A stretch of DNA of 64,000 nucleotides from a bacterium (GCA_021814695.1 JAKAHY010000001.1:45278-109277); one strand, 5' to 3'. Positions 8,818-18,360 are shown, counted from the stretch's first letter. The notes: generated by a model not told the origin, from the letters alone. A program made the numbers and translations.

Positions 8818-9267
8818 ATGGGACCGCTGGTAGTTGTGGTGCTCACCATGGCCGTTTGCATCTTTCTGTTATTCCTGTTTCTCTTTTTCCTGATGTGGAG
8901 CTCGTGTCGGTTTGAAAAATGGTTCAGTAAGTTTGAGGAAGAGGTGAAGGAACCAAATACCTTGTGGCAGAAATTTTGCGCTTGGATTGGTAATATCACA
9001 ATGTCCACTCTCACCATATTTATGTGTGAGAAATGTAAGCAAGCATGTGAGGAAAAGAAGGAGATGCTCATGAGGGCCCTATTGTTTTCTTTCTGGACCG
9101 GCCTTGTTGGCGTTATCGGCTACTATCTCGGTGTTTACGGAATGTCACCGAAATTCCTTTACGCTCTTGCGGTCGGAGGTTTCTCCGTCTTGGTTTTTGT
9201 CGCGATCCGTTATCGCGCCCACAAAACTCTCAAGTCCGAAAATTCGGACGTCGAGAAACAAAATTAA
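8818..9267 (+). CDS. Hypothetical membrane protein (2-3 TM, Cys-containing loop)
   Basis: Strong SD AAAGGAGGAGG. Hydrophobic segments. It sits directly downstream of the FeS/NrfD pair, and a terminator-like hairpin with a T-run follows it (~9282-9308). Confidence 0.5.
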   Translation: MGPLVVVVLTMAVCIFLLFLFLFFLMWSSCRFEKWFSKFEEEVKEPNTLWQKFCAWIGNITMSTLTIFMCEKCKQACEEKKEMLMRALLFSFWTGLVGVIGYYLGVYGMSPKFLYALAVGGFSVLVFVAIRYRAHKTLKSENSDVEKQN

Positions 9268-9334
9268 GTACTTTAAACACAGCCATCCATTTTGGGTGGT
9301 TTTTTTGTATGTTAAAGTGGTACTATTTTTAAAT

Positions 9335-9907
9335 ATGAAAACCGCAATCATTGTTCACGGAATGCCGTCAAAAAAAGAATATTTCAGCCCCAAAAAACCG
9401 TCCCCGTCAAACAACCACTGGATTGCTTGGGTACAAAGACGGCTTATTCTTAAAGGGATTCTTGCCCAAACCATAGAACTTCCCGAACCCTATAAGCCGG
9501 TTTATGAGAAATGGAAATCGGTTTTTGAGCAATTTAAAGTAGATAAGGACACGGCGCTTATAGGCCACAGTTGTGGAGGTGGATTTCTTGTCAGATGGTT
9601 GAGCGAAAACAAAAAGAGAGTCGGTAGAGTTGTTTTAGTGGCTCCCTGGATTGACCCTAATCATGTTTTAGAAACGGGTTTTTTTGATTTTAAGATAGAT
9701 CCGAATCTGTTGAAAAGAATAAAAAACCTGACAATATTCATATCCAAAGATGACGATAGCGATATTATAAAAAGCGTTCAACTGTTGAAGGAAGTTCTAA
9801 AAGGAAAAAACATAAAAATTATTGAGTTTGAAAATATGGGCCATTTTACTTTAGGCGACATGAAAACAGAAAAGTTTCCGGAACTGTTGAGTGCTATTTT
9901 AAAATAA
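9335..9907 (+). CDS. Alpha/beta hydrolase, RBBP9/YdeN-like serine hydrolase
   Basis: IIVHGMPS, the GHSCGG (GxSxG) nucleophile elbow, and a ~190-aa size. I used the internal ATG at 9335 because the longer ORF from 9104 overlaps the upstream gene. Confidence 0.65.
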   Translation: MKTAIIVHGMPSKKEYFSPKKPSPSNNHWIAWVQRRLILKGILAQTIELPEPYKPVYEKWKSVFEQFKVDKDTALIGHSCGGGFLVRWLSENKKRVGRVVLVAPWIDPNHVLETGFFDFKIDPNLLKRIKNLTIFISKDDDSDIIKSVQLLKEVLKGKNIKIIEFENMGHFTLGDMKTEKFPELLSAILK

Positions 9908-9987
9908 AGATATTTTTGACATTGACGCCAAGAGGTGTTTTTATATAATCAGCAACCAACATATATCAGCTAGGGAAAGGAGAGTTC

Positions 9988-10764
9988 ATGAAGTGGCCAA
10001 CTCAAGTAGTTCTTGTACGGCACGGGCAGTCGGAATTTAACGTTCTTCGGGTTATAAAAGAGCGTGATCCTTTGTATCGGAAATTTAAGCAAGCTTATGA
10101 AGAAGATTTTACTTCGGATAAAGCCAGAAATCTTGCGGAAATGGTTCTTGAAAAATACAGATTGGATCTCGGTGATTACCAAACACGCCTGACATCAATA
10201 GGAATTGATCAGGCAAAAATTACGGGAGCCGGATTGAGCTTGGACATTGAGCCTCCCGACGTAATCTACGTTTCTCCGTATTTTAGAACGCGCCAGACAC
10301 TCGATGCTATGACAAATGCCTGGCCGGAACTATCATCTGCAAAAACAACAACGGATGACAGAATCCGGGAACAGGAACACGGGATACAGATACTTTATAA
10401 CGATTGGCGGGTATTTCATGTTTTTCATCCCGAACAAAAGAGGATGAGGGATCTTTTCGGGGCCTACTGGTATCAATATCCTCAAGGAGAATCAATGGCT
10501 CAGGTTCGTGACAGAATCAGATCGTTCCTGACGACTCTCGTACGTGAACATGCCGGACAAAAAGTCCTGCTTGTAACTCACCACGTAACCATTCTTTGCT
10601 TTCTTGCCTCTATGGAGCGCTTAACTCCCGAAAAGGTAACAGATATGGATAAGGATTTGAAACCGGTTAACTGCGGAGTTACCTTCTACATCGGCAACCC
10701 CGATAAAGGTCAGGATGGACGTCTCGAATTGACGGAGTACAACCGCAAGTATTATTCGGATTAG
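9988..10764 (+). CDS. Histidine phosphatase family protein (phosphoglycerate mutase-like)
   Basis: LVRHGQSEFN is the RHG catalytic motif. SD GGAAAGGAGAG. Upstream promoter-like TTGACG-17-TATAAT. Confidence 0.75.
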   Translation: MKWPTQVVLVRHGQSEFNVLRVIKERDPLYRKFKQAYEEDFTSDKARNLAEMVLEKYRLDLGDYQTRLTSIGIDQAKITGAGLSLDIEPPDVIYVSPYFRTRQTLDAMTNAWPELSSAKTTTDDRIREQEHGIQILYNDWRVFHVFHPEQKRMRDLFGAYWYQYPQGESMAQVRDRIRSFLTTLVREHAGQKVLLVTHHVTILCFLASMERLTPEKVTDMDKDLKPVNCGVTFYIGNPDKGQDGRLELTEYNRKYYSD

Positions 10765-10905
10765 TATCAGCAGCAGATAAACGCTGCTTTTTAATATAAA
10801 ATTTGTCGATTCCTGCCATGCTAATAATCCACTTTACAATCCGGATAATGTTCTATACTTATACAAAGCGATAAAAGGTTATTTTAATAAGCACTCATAA
10901 TAAAT

Positions 10906-11379
10906 ATGAAAAAAACTTGGATTATTATTCTGGTGATAGTGGTAGTTATTATAGTCGGCTACTTACTTTGGATGAATCCGACTCAACCGGCATATCAGCA
11001 ACCGGCCGCAACAACAGGGGGCGGCGCCAATCAACCGGCACCGGCATTAATTCTTAATACAGCCATAGACCCGACTCTTGGCGCATATCTTGTGGCATCA
11101 AATGGAATGGCTCTTTATGTTTTTGCAAATGATAAACCCGGAATAAGTAATTGCGCCGGCGTTTGCGCAACCAACTGGCCGCCTTATGAAGTGACGGCAA
11201 CTACGCCACTGGCGGCAGCATCCGGCATTGATGGAAATCTTAATACAATTATAAGAAGTGACGGCTCTATGCAACTCACTTATAATTCCATGCCTCTTTA
11301 TTTTTGGCATCTAGATTCAAAACCGGGAGACGTTACGGGTAATGGTTTTGGAGGGGTTTGGTTTTTGGCAAAACCATAA
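10906..11379 (+). CDS. Secreted/lipoprotein-like protein with COG4315/Lipoprotein_15-type repeats
   Basis: N-terminal TM/signal segment. Repeats of the G.YLV..NGM.LYVF..D......C.G.CA..WPP type occur twice. Confidence 0.55.
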   Translation: MKKTWIIILVIVVVIIVGYLLWMNPTQPAYQQPAATTGGGANQPAPALILNTAIDPTLGAYLVASNGMALYVFANDKPGISNCAGVCATNWPPYEVTATTPLAAASGIDGNLNTIIRSDGSMQLTYNSMPLYFWHLDSKPGDVTGNGFGGVWFLAKP

Positions 11380-11461
11380 TCCGATAAGAATAATTAAAGT
11401 GTTCTGATCTTGTGCGTGACGTCGGCGTGCATTGTTTTAGTTTATAGTAATCAAATCTACG

Positions 11462-11854
11462 ATGAATAAATTACCGTTTCACATTCTTAGAATAGGGATT
11501 GCCATAACATTTATCTGGATTGGATTAATGATATTTAAGGACCCGCAAGGATGGAGTTCGTTTATCCAGCCTTGGGCAGCCAATCTTATTCCAATTCCTA
11601 TTCAGCAGGCAATGATTATTGCGGCAATTGCCGATGTTTTAATAGGACTGCTTCTTCTGGCTAACCTTTGGGTTTGGATTGTAGCGGCTGTGGGAGTTTT
11701 AAATATTGCTGCAGTTCTTATCGTTTCCGGAATTACCGGAGTTACTGTCAGGGATATAGGCCTTCTTGCCGCCGCTGTGGCATTGGCGATTGATTCAATG
11801 CCTTCTGTAATAATGTCAAAACTATTTAAAAAACAGATTCGAAAAAATTATTAA
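11462..11854 (+). CDS. Hypothetical membrane protein (4 TM)
   Basis: Hydrophobic profile only. Confidence 0.45.
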   Translation: MNKLPFHILRIGIAITFIWIGLMIFKDPQGWSSFIQPWAANLIPIPIQQAMIIAAIADVLIGLLLLANLWVWIVAAVGVLNIAAVLIVSGITGVTVRDIGLLAAAVALAIDSMPSVIMSKLFKKQIRKNY

Positions 11855-11896
11855 ACAAAATAAAAGGTCGTATGATTATAAATAATTACATATCCT

Positions 11897-12097
11897 ATGT
11901 TTACGCTCGCTTGTAAGGATTTGGGTACTCCGGAATGTGGCTATATAGCCAAAGAAGATGACAGCGAGAAAGCGGTGCACACCATGCTTAGACACGCACA
12001 AGAAACGCATGCCGATAAATTAGAGGAATTATCCAGAAAAATGAATGAGAAAGAAATTTTTGAGTTGATGCTTTCTAAAGTGAGAAAAGAACCATAG
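11897..12097 (+). CDS. DUF1059-like small protein
   Basis: The MFTLACKDLG..ECGYIA...E...H...HA N-terminus is typical of DUF1059. A terminator hairpin follows (~12112-12140). Confidence 0.5.
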   Translation: MFTLACKDLGTPECGYIAKEDDSEKAVHTMLRHAQETHADKLEELSRKMNEKEIFELMLSKVRKEP

Positions 12098-12261
12098 AAC
12101 CTTATATTAAAAATGGCTCCATTTTGTGGGGCCTTTTTTATTATAACACAAGTAGGCTTTTTGGCTATAAATCTATTGTTTACACGGAATAATTTGTGCT
12201 ACTATTTTGGCAGAACACTTTCGCTCGTTGACAATAAGGCGGGCCGAAAGGGAGGAAACTG

Positions 12262-15036
12262 ATGTCTAGGAAGCAGGTAGTGGCACCTCCGAAGACCAAA
12301 ACGGAATTGCTGATCGATACGGTCTTTAATTTCATGACGGATAATCCGTCGTATATTTTCAAGGGATTTGGGGATGCGGATAAGTTTGAGATTACGAAAA
12401 AGAAATTCGCCAAGGTTTTGGAATCGCTAGTGGAATCCAGGCACCTTGTCCGAATTTCAGTCGACGATTCGGGTGAGCCTTGGTATTTTTCCAACGGCTA
12501 CAACCATTATTCGCCGAACTTTCTTTTTGAGGTAATCCCAGCCGGCGTCAGGGACGATATCCTCAGGCCTCTTGAAAGAGGGGACGAGAAATCGATTTCC
12601 GATTTGGCTCGAAACTATTTCGGTTCCGAGACCGTAGGTCTCAATTTCATCGAAACGACTCTTGAATATTTCGTTTCCAGAAAGCTCATCGGTTCCAGTG
12701 GCAGAAAGGCATTGCGTCTTTACAAAAAGACTCAACTTGGGCTGGAGCTTGGTATCGATAAGCAAAGCATGGATACGATGGCTAATCGAGAATTGGAAAG
12801 CACGCTGCTTTTGCAACGCAAGGGCGAAGTGCTATCCAAAATAAATTCTCTGGAAGATATCGATAAACTTTTGGACGAGGAGTTGGAGTCTATCATCGTG
12901 GGTAATATTGACGTCACATCAAGCACCGACGGCGATTTCTTCAATGTTGTATTTCTTAACGAAATTCTTTTCGGCAACAAGTTTACCGATACCGACATTT
13001 TGAATTGGGCACTTGAGAGGGTAAATCCCAACCTTACGGTTGCAAGCGGCTTGATTCAGGGAAATTTCCTTGGCGTTAAGATGGATAAGGCGAGAATCCT
13101 TGCCGAAAATTCCGGTCTTAACGAGATCGATGCCCAATTCAGGGCTGCTAAACTTCTCAACGAGAAGCTTGAGCAGGTCACCAAAGGACAGGTTTTTAAT
13201 GTCCTTGGCGACGACGATTGGGATCTTGCCGACAGCTACGCTCAGCTGATGCACAGGGCCGAAGGCGGCATCATCAGCTATGGATTCAATTCCAAGTCTT
13301 TGAGCGATGAGCTCAAGCGGCGGTTGGATATGCTTGCTTACAGGCGTAAGCGGCGCATCCAGTATGAGATCATTACTCCCTATCAACTTCGCGTCGGTCG
13401 TTCTCTCTTGAACCGAGATGAGGTTTGGGAAGCTACGGCTAACGGCGACGATAGCAAGGATAGGGTGTATAAGGGCGAATATCGTCTGATTATCGAAATT
13501 CTTGTAGCTAAGAAAGTCGGAATTGATTATCCCAAGTCGTACGATAAGGTTGTGGACATCGGATCATTGTTTGACGGAGATATGAGCAAGAAGAGGATTA
13601 TCACGCCCAACAGTCTTTTCTTAAAGGCAGGGGACAGGACTATTCGCTTCACTCATAACCCTTCGTTTTCGAACATCACTCAGTATTGGAATACTATCGA
13701 TGTTTTGAATCGTATCATGCGCAGTCTCGGTGCTCGAAAGACGGAAGAGATTCCGTTTGTCGTAGCCGAAGGCCATCAGGAGCGATTTTTTGCCACCTTC
13801 ATTCCTTCGGGTTTGAACGACAAGACCGACGACGGTCATTGGTTTATGAACCTTCCGGGTTTGCAGAATCCGATTTTGCAGGCCAAAGGAAGAATTCCCG
13901 AGTTCGACTCAAGGATTTTGAGTTCCAAGTCTCATCGGCAGATTACCTTCCGTAAGGAACCGGTAACTCCGGGAGTTCTGGATTTCGGAGTCCATATGGA
14001 CGGTCGGGTGCAATTCAGGATTTTGAACCACATGGTCAAGAACGTCATTGAACGTTCTGCCGGAATGCCGGAAGAGGTGCATAGGGTTGCTTTCCTTACG
14101 GACTTGCAATTCGCTTCGCTTACGATGCATCCCGAACTTGTAATGAAGTTCCTGGATTATGCGCTATTCACTCTGGGCTGCGATGCGGTTATGATCGGCG
14201 GCGACGTCATTCAGGGCATCAACTATCCGCAGACGTTTTCCGAAAACAGGCCATTCAGGCTTGTGAGTATCGATTCCCAACAGCGATTCGTTCTGGCAAC
14301 ACTTTTCCCGTTCCTGGCTACAGGACCGAAGCTTAAGAAGGTCCTTGGAGTTATCGGTAACCATGAGTGGAACACGTTTGGCGCCAATCTTACCGGTCCC
14401 AATTTCCTGGCATTTTTGGAACAGGTGCTTCAGGGTTATGTTCTTGGGATGAAGACGGCGGGCGGTACTCCAACTTTGGAAGATATTGCTATTGTCAGTC
14501 GTATTCGCATGCTTAGCGTTGAAGCCAAACAGGGCGGAGCGATTGTAAACTGGCCGTTTATTTCTCAAGAATTTTCGGGATTCAAGGTTGCGATGTCCCA
14601 TCAGTTCCAGCGCTTCGGCGGCGGAACTCCTGTGGGCCAGCAAATGAAGTGGATTGAGAATATGTCAACTGCCGCAAGCGATTACGATGTTCTTGTCGGC
14701 GGCGACAAGCACTCCATTTGGATGGCTCAGGTTGCCGATAAGCTTTTGTTGCAGCTGGCAGCGGCGGCTCACCAGAGCGGTTACGAGCTGCACACCGGTC
14801 TTCGCAGCACGATTATGTTCACCGACATCACATTCTCCAACAAGGACGGCATCACGGTTGAGATGGTTCCTCGGGGATTTCTCGAAAATTATTACACCTG
14901 CGTTTCGCCGATTCTTGCCGGTAAGGACGAGCTTTTGAAGCTTCCTGCCCCCGGAACTCCGGGATACGATCAGGGCAAGCTTTCTCCTTATGTAGAGTCA
15001 ATTATCGACAATATCACTCAGTATCGTCACGTATAA
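12262..15036 (+). CDS. Large (924 aa) uncharacterised protein with C-terminal calcineurin-like phosphoesterase-like motifs; locally GC-rich
   Basis: SD GGGAGGAAACTG. C-terminal motifs IGGDVIQG (GDxx) and VIGNHEW (GNHE), while motif I is degenerate (FLTDLQF). The N-terminal ~600 aa show nothing I recognise. GC is visibly higher than in the flanks. Confidence 0.75.
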   Translation: MSRKQVVAPPKTKTELLIDTVFNFMTDNPSYIFKGFGDADKFEITKKKFAKVLESLVESRHLVRISVDDSGEPWYFSNGYNHYSPNFLFEVIPAGVRDDILRPLERGDEKSISDLARNYFGSETVGLNFIETTLEYFVSRKLIGSSGRKALRLYKKTQLGLELGIDKQSMDTMANRELESTLLLQRKGEVLSKINSLEDIDKLLDEELESIIVGNIDVTSSTDGDFFNVVFLNEILFGNKFTDTDILNWALERVNPNLTVASGLIQGNFLGVKMDKARILAENSGLNEIDAQFRAAKLLNEKLEQVTKGQVFNVLGDDDWDLADSYAQLMHRAEGGIISYGFNSKSLSDELKRRLDMLAYRRKRRIQYEIITPYQLRVGRSLLNRDEVWEATANGDDSKDRVYKGEYRLIIEILVAKKVGIDYPKSYDKVVDIGSLFDGDMSKKRIITPNSLFLKAGDRTIRFTHNPSFSNITQYWNTIDVLNRIMRSLGARKTEEIPFVVAEGHQERFFATFIPSGLNDKTDDGHWFMNLPGLQNPILQAKGRIPEFDSRILSSKSHRQITFRKEPVTPGVLDFGVHMDGRVQFRILNHMVKNVIERSAGMPEEVHRVAFLTDLQFASLTMHPELVMKFLDYALFTLGCDAVMIGGDVIQGINYPQTFSENRPFRLVSIDSQQRFVLATLFPFLATGPKLKKVLGVIGNHEWNTFGANLTGPNFLAFLEQVLQGYVLGMKTAGGTPTLEDIAIVSRIRMLSVEAKQGGAIVNWPFISQEFSGFKVAMSHQFQRFGGGTPVGQQMKWIENMSTAASDYDVLVGGDKHSIWMAQVADKLLLQLAAAAHQSGYELHTGLRSTIMFTDITFSNKDGITVEMVPRGFLENYYTCVSPILAGKDELLKLPAPGTPGYDQGKLSPYVESIIDNITQYRHV

Positions 15037-15049
15037 ATAGAACATTTTT

Positions 15050-15077
15050 CAGCTCCGCTTGGGAGCTGATTTTTTTA
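15050..15077 (+). terminator. Rho-independent terminator
   Basis: cagctcc-gctt-gggagctg followed by ATTTTTTT. Confidence 0.7.
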
Positions 15078-15116
15078 TATATGCTATAATAAGTTTAATA
15101 AGTAACAAACAGTAAT

Positions 15117-15353
15117 ATGAAACAAAACGAACATATTTTGGACAGAATTATTAGAGTATTGATTGCGTTGGGGTTATTTTATGTGGGCATCACCTGGTCC
15201 ATGTCCAGTTTTCTGAGAATTGTTTTGGCAATTGTCGGAGGGATATTAATTGTTACTGCCGTCACCGGATATTGCGCCCTGTATTCACTGTTTGGAATAA
15301 ATACAAAAAAATCTTCTTCAGATACTAAGGAACCCGATAAAAAAGGTCAATAA
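15117..15353 (+). CDS. DUF2892/YgaP-like small membrane protein
   Basis: D..IR...G..L...G......GG.L..TA.TGYC.LY.L.GI.T pattern. Confidence 0.5.
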   Translation: MKQNEHILDRIIRVLIALGLFYVGITWSMSSFLRIVLAIVGGILIVTAVTGYCALYSLFGINTKKSSSDTKEPDKKGQ

Positions 15354-15447
15354 TTAATAGCGATGCTAATTTACAAATTACACACGAATGTACAAATATT
15401 ATTTATGTCATTCGAGTGTATTCGCGTATTTGTGTCGCGTGTAAAGT

Positions 15448-16038
15448 ATGAAATACGAAGCAAAAAACTTCGAGCATCTCTTGGGTTTAAAGGGATTTAG
15501 CGACAATGCCTTAAAAACTCATTTTGCTCTCTATCAGGGTTATGTAAACAATACAAATAAATTAAGAGATGAGTTGCACGAATTGGCTAATGGGGGAAAA
15601 CTCGATTCGGTTCAACACGCCGAACTGAAAAGAAGGCTCGGATGGGAGTTTGACGGAATGAGGCTGCATGAATATTATTTCGGCGCTCTTTCTAAAGAAT
15701 CCCAGCCATTATCGGAATCTAGCGCTTTGTACAAGAAGATAGAAAAAGATTTCGGAAGTTTTGGCGATTGGGAAAAAATGTTTCGTGCCGTTGCATCACA
15801 ACGGGGGATAGGGTGGGCGATTTTGTACTATGACGTTCACGGTGATCAATTGTTGGACGTCTGGGTCAATGAGCATGATGCGGGACATTTGGCGGGATGT
15901 GTGCCTCTTGTGAATATGGATGTATTTGAACATGCATTTATGCTGGATTACGGAACAAAAAAAGCCGATTACATTTCAGCCTTTATGGATGCCGTGGATT
16001 GGAAAGAGGTTTCCAAACGTTTCGATTCCGCCAAATAA
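15448..16038 (+). CDS. sodA: Fe/Mn superoxide dismutase family protein (divergent)
   Basis: The C-terminal DVFEHAFMLDYGTKKADYISAFMDAVDWKEVSKRF matches the SOD motif DVWEHAYYL..N.R.DYI.AFW.VVNW. Candidate metal ligands H, H, D and H are present. Confidence 0.7.
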   Translation: MKYEAKNFEHLLGLKGFSDNALKTHFALYQGYVNNTNKLRDELHELANGGKLDSVQHAELKRRLGWEFDGMRLHEYYFGALSKESQPLSESSALYKKIEKDFGSFGDWEKMFRAVASQRGIGWAILYYDVHGDQLLDVWVNEHDAGHLAGCVPLVNMDVFEHAFMLDYGTKKADYISAFMDAVDWKEVSKRFDSAK

Positions 16039-16890
16039 TTATTTTAGCGGAAGTTTTAATGCGGCCGGTTGAGGAGTTTTTCCTTCCGGCTGTATTTTTG
16101 TTATCACAAATGAACCGTCTGGTTGTTTTGAAACATCCAGTAACTTAACTCTTTTGGTTTTGATTAGCGTATACGTTCCTGGATCCGGGTTAAGGGCCAA
16201 TATTTTCCTGGCGATTATTTCCGGGTCTTCATTTGCCAGGTCTACGAATCCATCTTCGGTAGTGAATTTTTTTGTATATGTAGCCTTAGATTCGTCCTGC
16301 ATTTCCGGGACTATTTTATCTTCCGAAAAAAGAGGAATAGTTCTGATAAGCGCATTAGCGCAAGCATCTGCCAAAGCTTCCTGCAGCCGGGAATAATTCC
16401 AAAACTTGTCGGAGATATCCATCGATTCTTGGGCTAAAATAGGCCCGTGATCCATTTCTCTATCCAGAAGATACAGAGTTGCTCCGGTTATTTTATCGCC
16501 TCCAAGTATGGCCGCTTGTATAGGTGATGCGCCTCTATATTTGGGCAAAAGAGACGGGTGTGTTCCGATTATTCCCTGAGGAAATGAGTCTATCAGAGAT
16601 TGGGGTATTATTTTCGAGTAAGCCGCAACAACTCCAAATTTAAGTTTTTTGATTTCAGAGATCTCTGAAATTTTTACCAAATCGTCTTTTGTTTCCGGTT
16701 GAAGTATTTTTATTGGAAGCTTATTTTCAAGGATATATTTTTTTGTTTCCGGAGGAGTTAAAATCCGTTTTCTCCCAAACGGTTTGTCGGGGTTACAAAT
16801 TAAAACTTCTGGCGCCAAGTCATTGGCTATCAATTTTTCCAATATAATTCTGGCAAAAACCGGACTGCCGAAGAAAGCGTAAGATGACAT
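16039..16890 (-). CDS. fmt: Methionyl-tRNA formyltransferase
   Basis: HPSLLPKYRGASPIQAAILGGD, together with the N-terminal formyltransferase fold. It is adjacent to def. Confidence 0.9.
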   Translation of the reverse strand: MSSYAFFGSPVFARIILEKLIANDLAPEVLICNPDKPFGRKRILTPPETKKYILENKLPIKILQPETKDDLVKISEISEIKKLKFGVVAAYSKIIPQSLIDSFPQGIIGTHPSLLPKYRGASPIQAAILGGDKITGATLYLLDREMDHGPILAQESMDISDKFWNYSRLQEALADACANALIRTIPLFSEDKIVPEMQDESKATYTKKFTTEDGFVDLANEDPEIIARKILALNPDPGTYTLIKTKRVKLLDVSKQPDGSFVITKIQPEGKTPQPAALKLPLK

Positions 16891-16908
16891 GAATTTATGA
16901 TTATTATT

Positions 16909-17424
16909 TTATTCGAATTTCTTCACGTCTTTCGATTTATCTATAAACAATACTCCACCAAGATGATCTATCTCGTGTTGAAAAATTCTTGCCAAGAAAC
17001 CCTCGGCTTTGACCTTAACAGGTCTATTATTCTTATCATATCCGCTGACCGTAATTTTATCGGCCCTATCGACTGTCCCATAATATCCGGGAACACTAAG
17101 GCAACCCTCCTGGTCTGAAACTATTTTTTTGGAAATAGATTCTATTTTAGGGTTAAATATGGCATAAAACTTTCCCTGATAACCCCTACCATCATCGGAG
17201 GGAAGTTGAGCGACAAATATTTGCGCATTGACTCCAATTTGGGGAGCGGCCAATCCGATGCCATGGTTTAATACCATCATTTGCCTCATAAAAAGAACAA
17301 GATTGTTAATCTCCGATTTGGAATAATCCGAAAATTTAAAAGCTTTGGGCTTTTCCCTTAGGAAAGATTCCTCACTTTTAATTTTAACTGTCCAGATTTT
17401 TTTGTCGGTTTCTTTTTCGGCCAT
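16909..17424 (-). CDS. def: Peptide deformylase
   Basis: Motifs GIGLAAPQIG, EGCLSVPG and QHEIDHLGG. Confidence 0.9.
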   Translation of the reverse strand: MAEKETDKKIWTVKIKSEESFLREKPKAFKFSDYSKSEINNLVLFMRQMMVLNHGIGLAAPQIGVNAQIFVAQLPSDDGRGYQGKFYAIFNPKIESISKKIVSDQEGCLSVPGYYGTVDRADKITVSGYDKNNRPVKVKAEGFLARIFQHEIDHLGGVLFIDKSKDVKKFE

Positions 17425-17741
17425 GGTTCTTTTTTTAATTTTAATTTATTTAATAAACCTTTTTGTTTGATTAATTCCATGAAATAAGCGCCTCCATTGA
17501 GTACCTTTGGGCGTTGGAGGATATCTTTAGCAATCCCCATTAGAGTTTGCTTATCTATGTATTTAGCCAATTTTATATACAGAGCTTTATGCTTCTCGTC
17601 CTCAAGCATTTGGGCTATAACCAGTCCGGTGTGCTGAAAGTCTCTGTATACGTGGCTTTTTTCTTTTCGGCCGGCAAGTGTCTTCAGGTAATCTTTTTCA
17701 AGCATCATTCCAATGATATAATAGAAAGCTGATAAAACCAA
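17358..17741 (-). CDS. Hypothetical protein (lysine-rich C-terminus), 3' end overlaps def start by 67 nt
   Basis: The ORF is 127 aa. Its true stop and start are uncertain. Confidence 0.35.
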   Translation of the reverse strand: MVLSAFYYIIGMMLEKDYLKTLAGRKEKSHVYRDFQHTGLVIAQMLEDEKHKALYIKLAKYIDKQTLMGIAKDILQRPKVLNGGAYFMELIKQKGLLNKLKLKKEPWPKKKPTKKSGQLKLKVRNLS

Positions 17742-17746
17742 GATTT

Positions 17747-18346
17747 ATGCGACTTTTTATAGCGGTAAAAATACCGGATGAAATCAAAGAAAAAATCCAC
17801 AATTCCTTTTTGTATTCCAGAGACTCCCTTGAATTCGCTCGATTTACCGAAACTGACAATCTGCACATAACATTGGTATTTTTGGGAGAAGTCGAAGATG
17901 CGTTACTGGAAAGAATAAAAAGAATAGTGGAATCGGTCACAAATAAATATTCCCAAAAACGGATAGAATTAAGCGGTATTGTGATCGGACCGGATATAAA
18001 TACTGCAAGAATGATATGGCTTAAGCTTGGTGATGATTCTCAAAAATATCTTGAATCGATATCTCAGTCACTAAAAAAAGAACTAAAAGATAAAAATATC
18101 CTTTTTGACGGCAGAAATTTTTTTAATGGACATGTTACTCTGGCCAAGTTTGGCCAAAATTGGCAATCAAAATATGATAGTAAAAACGAAAAAGGAAAAA
18201 CCGAGGATATTAATTTTATAAAAGAAACGCTTCCCGAAACATTTGAGGCGCATTTCGATTCAAAATCCATAACTCTTTTTTCCTCCAAAAAAATAGACGG
18301 GAAGAGAATATATGAGCCGTTGTTTGAGTCGGATTTTAAAGGATGA
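17747..18346 (+). CDS. thpR: RNA 2',3'-cyclic phosphodiesterase (2H phosphoesterase, LigT/ThpR)
   Basis: Two HxT/Sx motifs (HITLVFLG, GHVTLAKFG). Confidence 0.8.
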   Translation: MRLFIAVKIPDEIKEKIHNSFLYSRDSLEFARFTETDNLHITLVFLGEVEDALLERIKRIVESVTNKYSQKRIELSGIVIGPDINTARMIWLKLGDDSQKYLESISQSLKKELKDKNILFDGRNFFNGHVTLAKFGQNWQSKYDSKNEKGKTEDINFIKETLPETFEAHFDSKSITLFSSKKIDGKRIYEPLFESDFKG

Positions 18347-18360
18347 TATAATTTTAACCT

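Noticed and set aside
9104-9334. 5' extension of the alpha/beta hydrolase ORF
   Set aside because: It overlaps the upstream membrane protein gene and its terminator. An internal ATG at 9335 with an AT-rich upstream region gives a canonical ~190-aa RBBP9-like protein.
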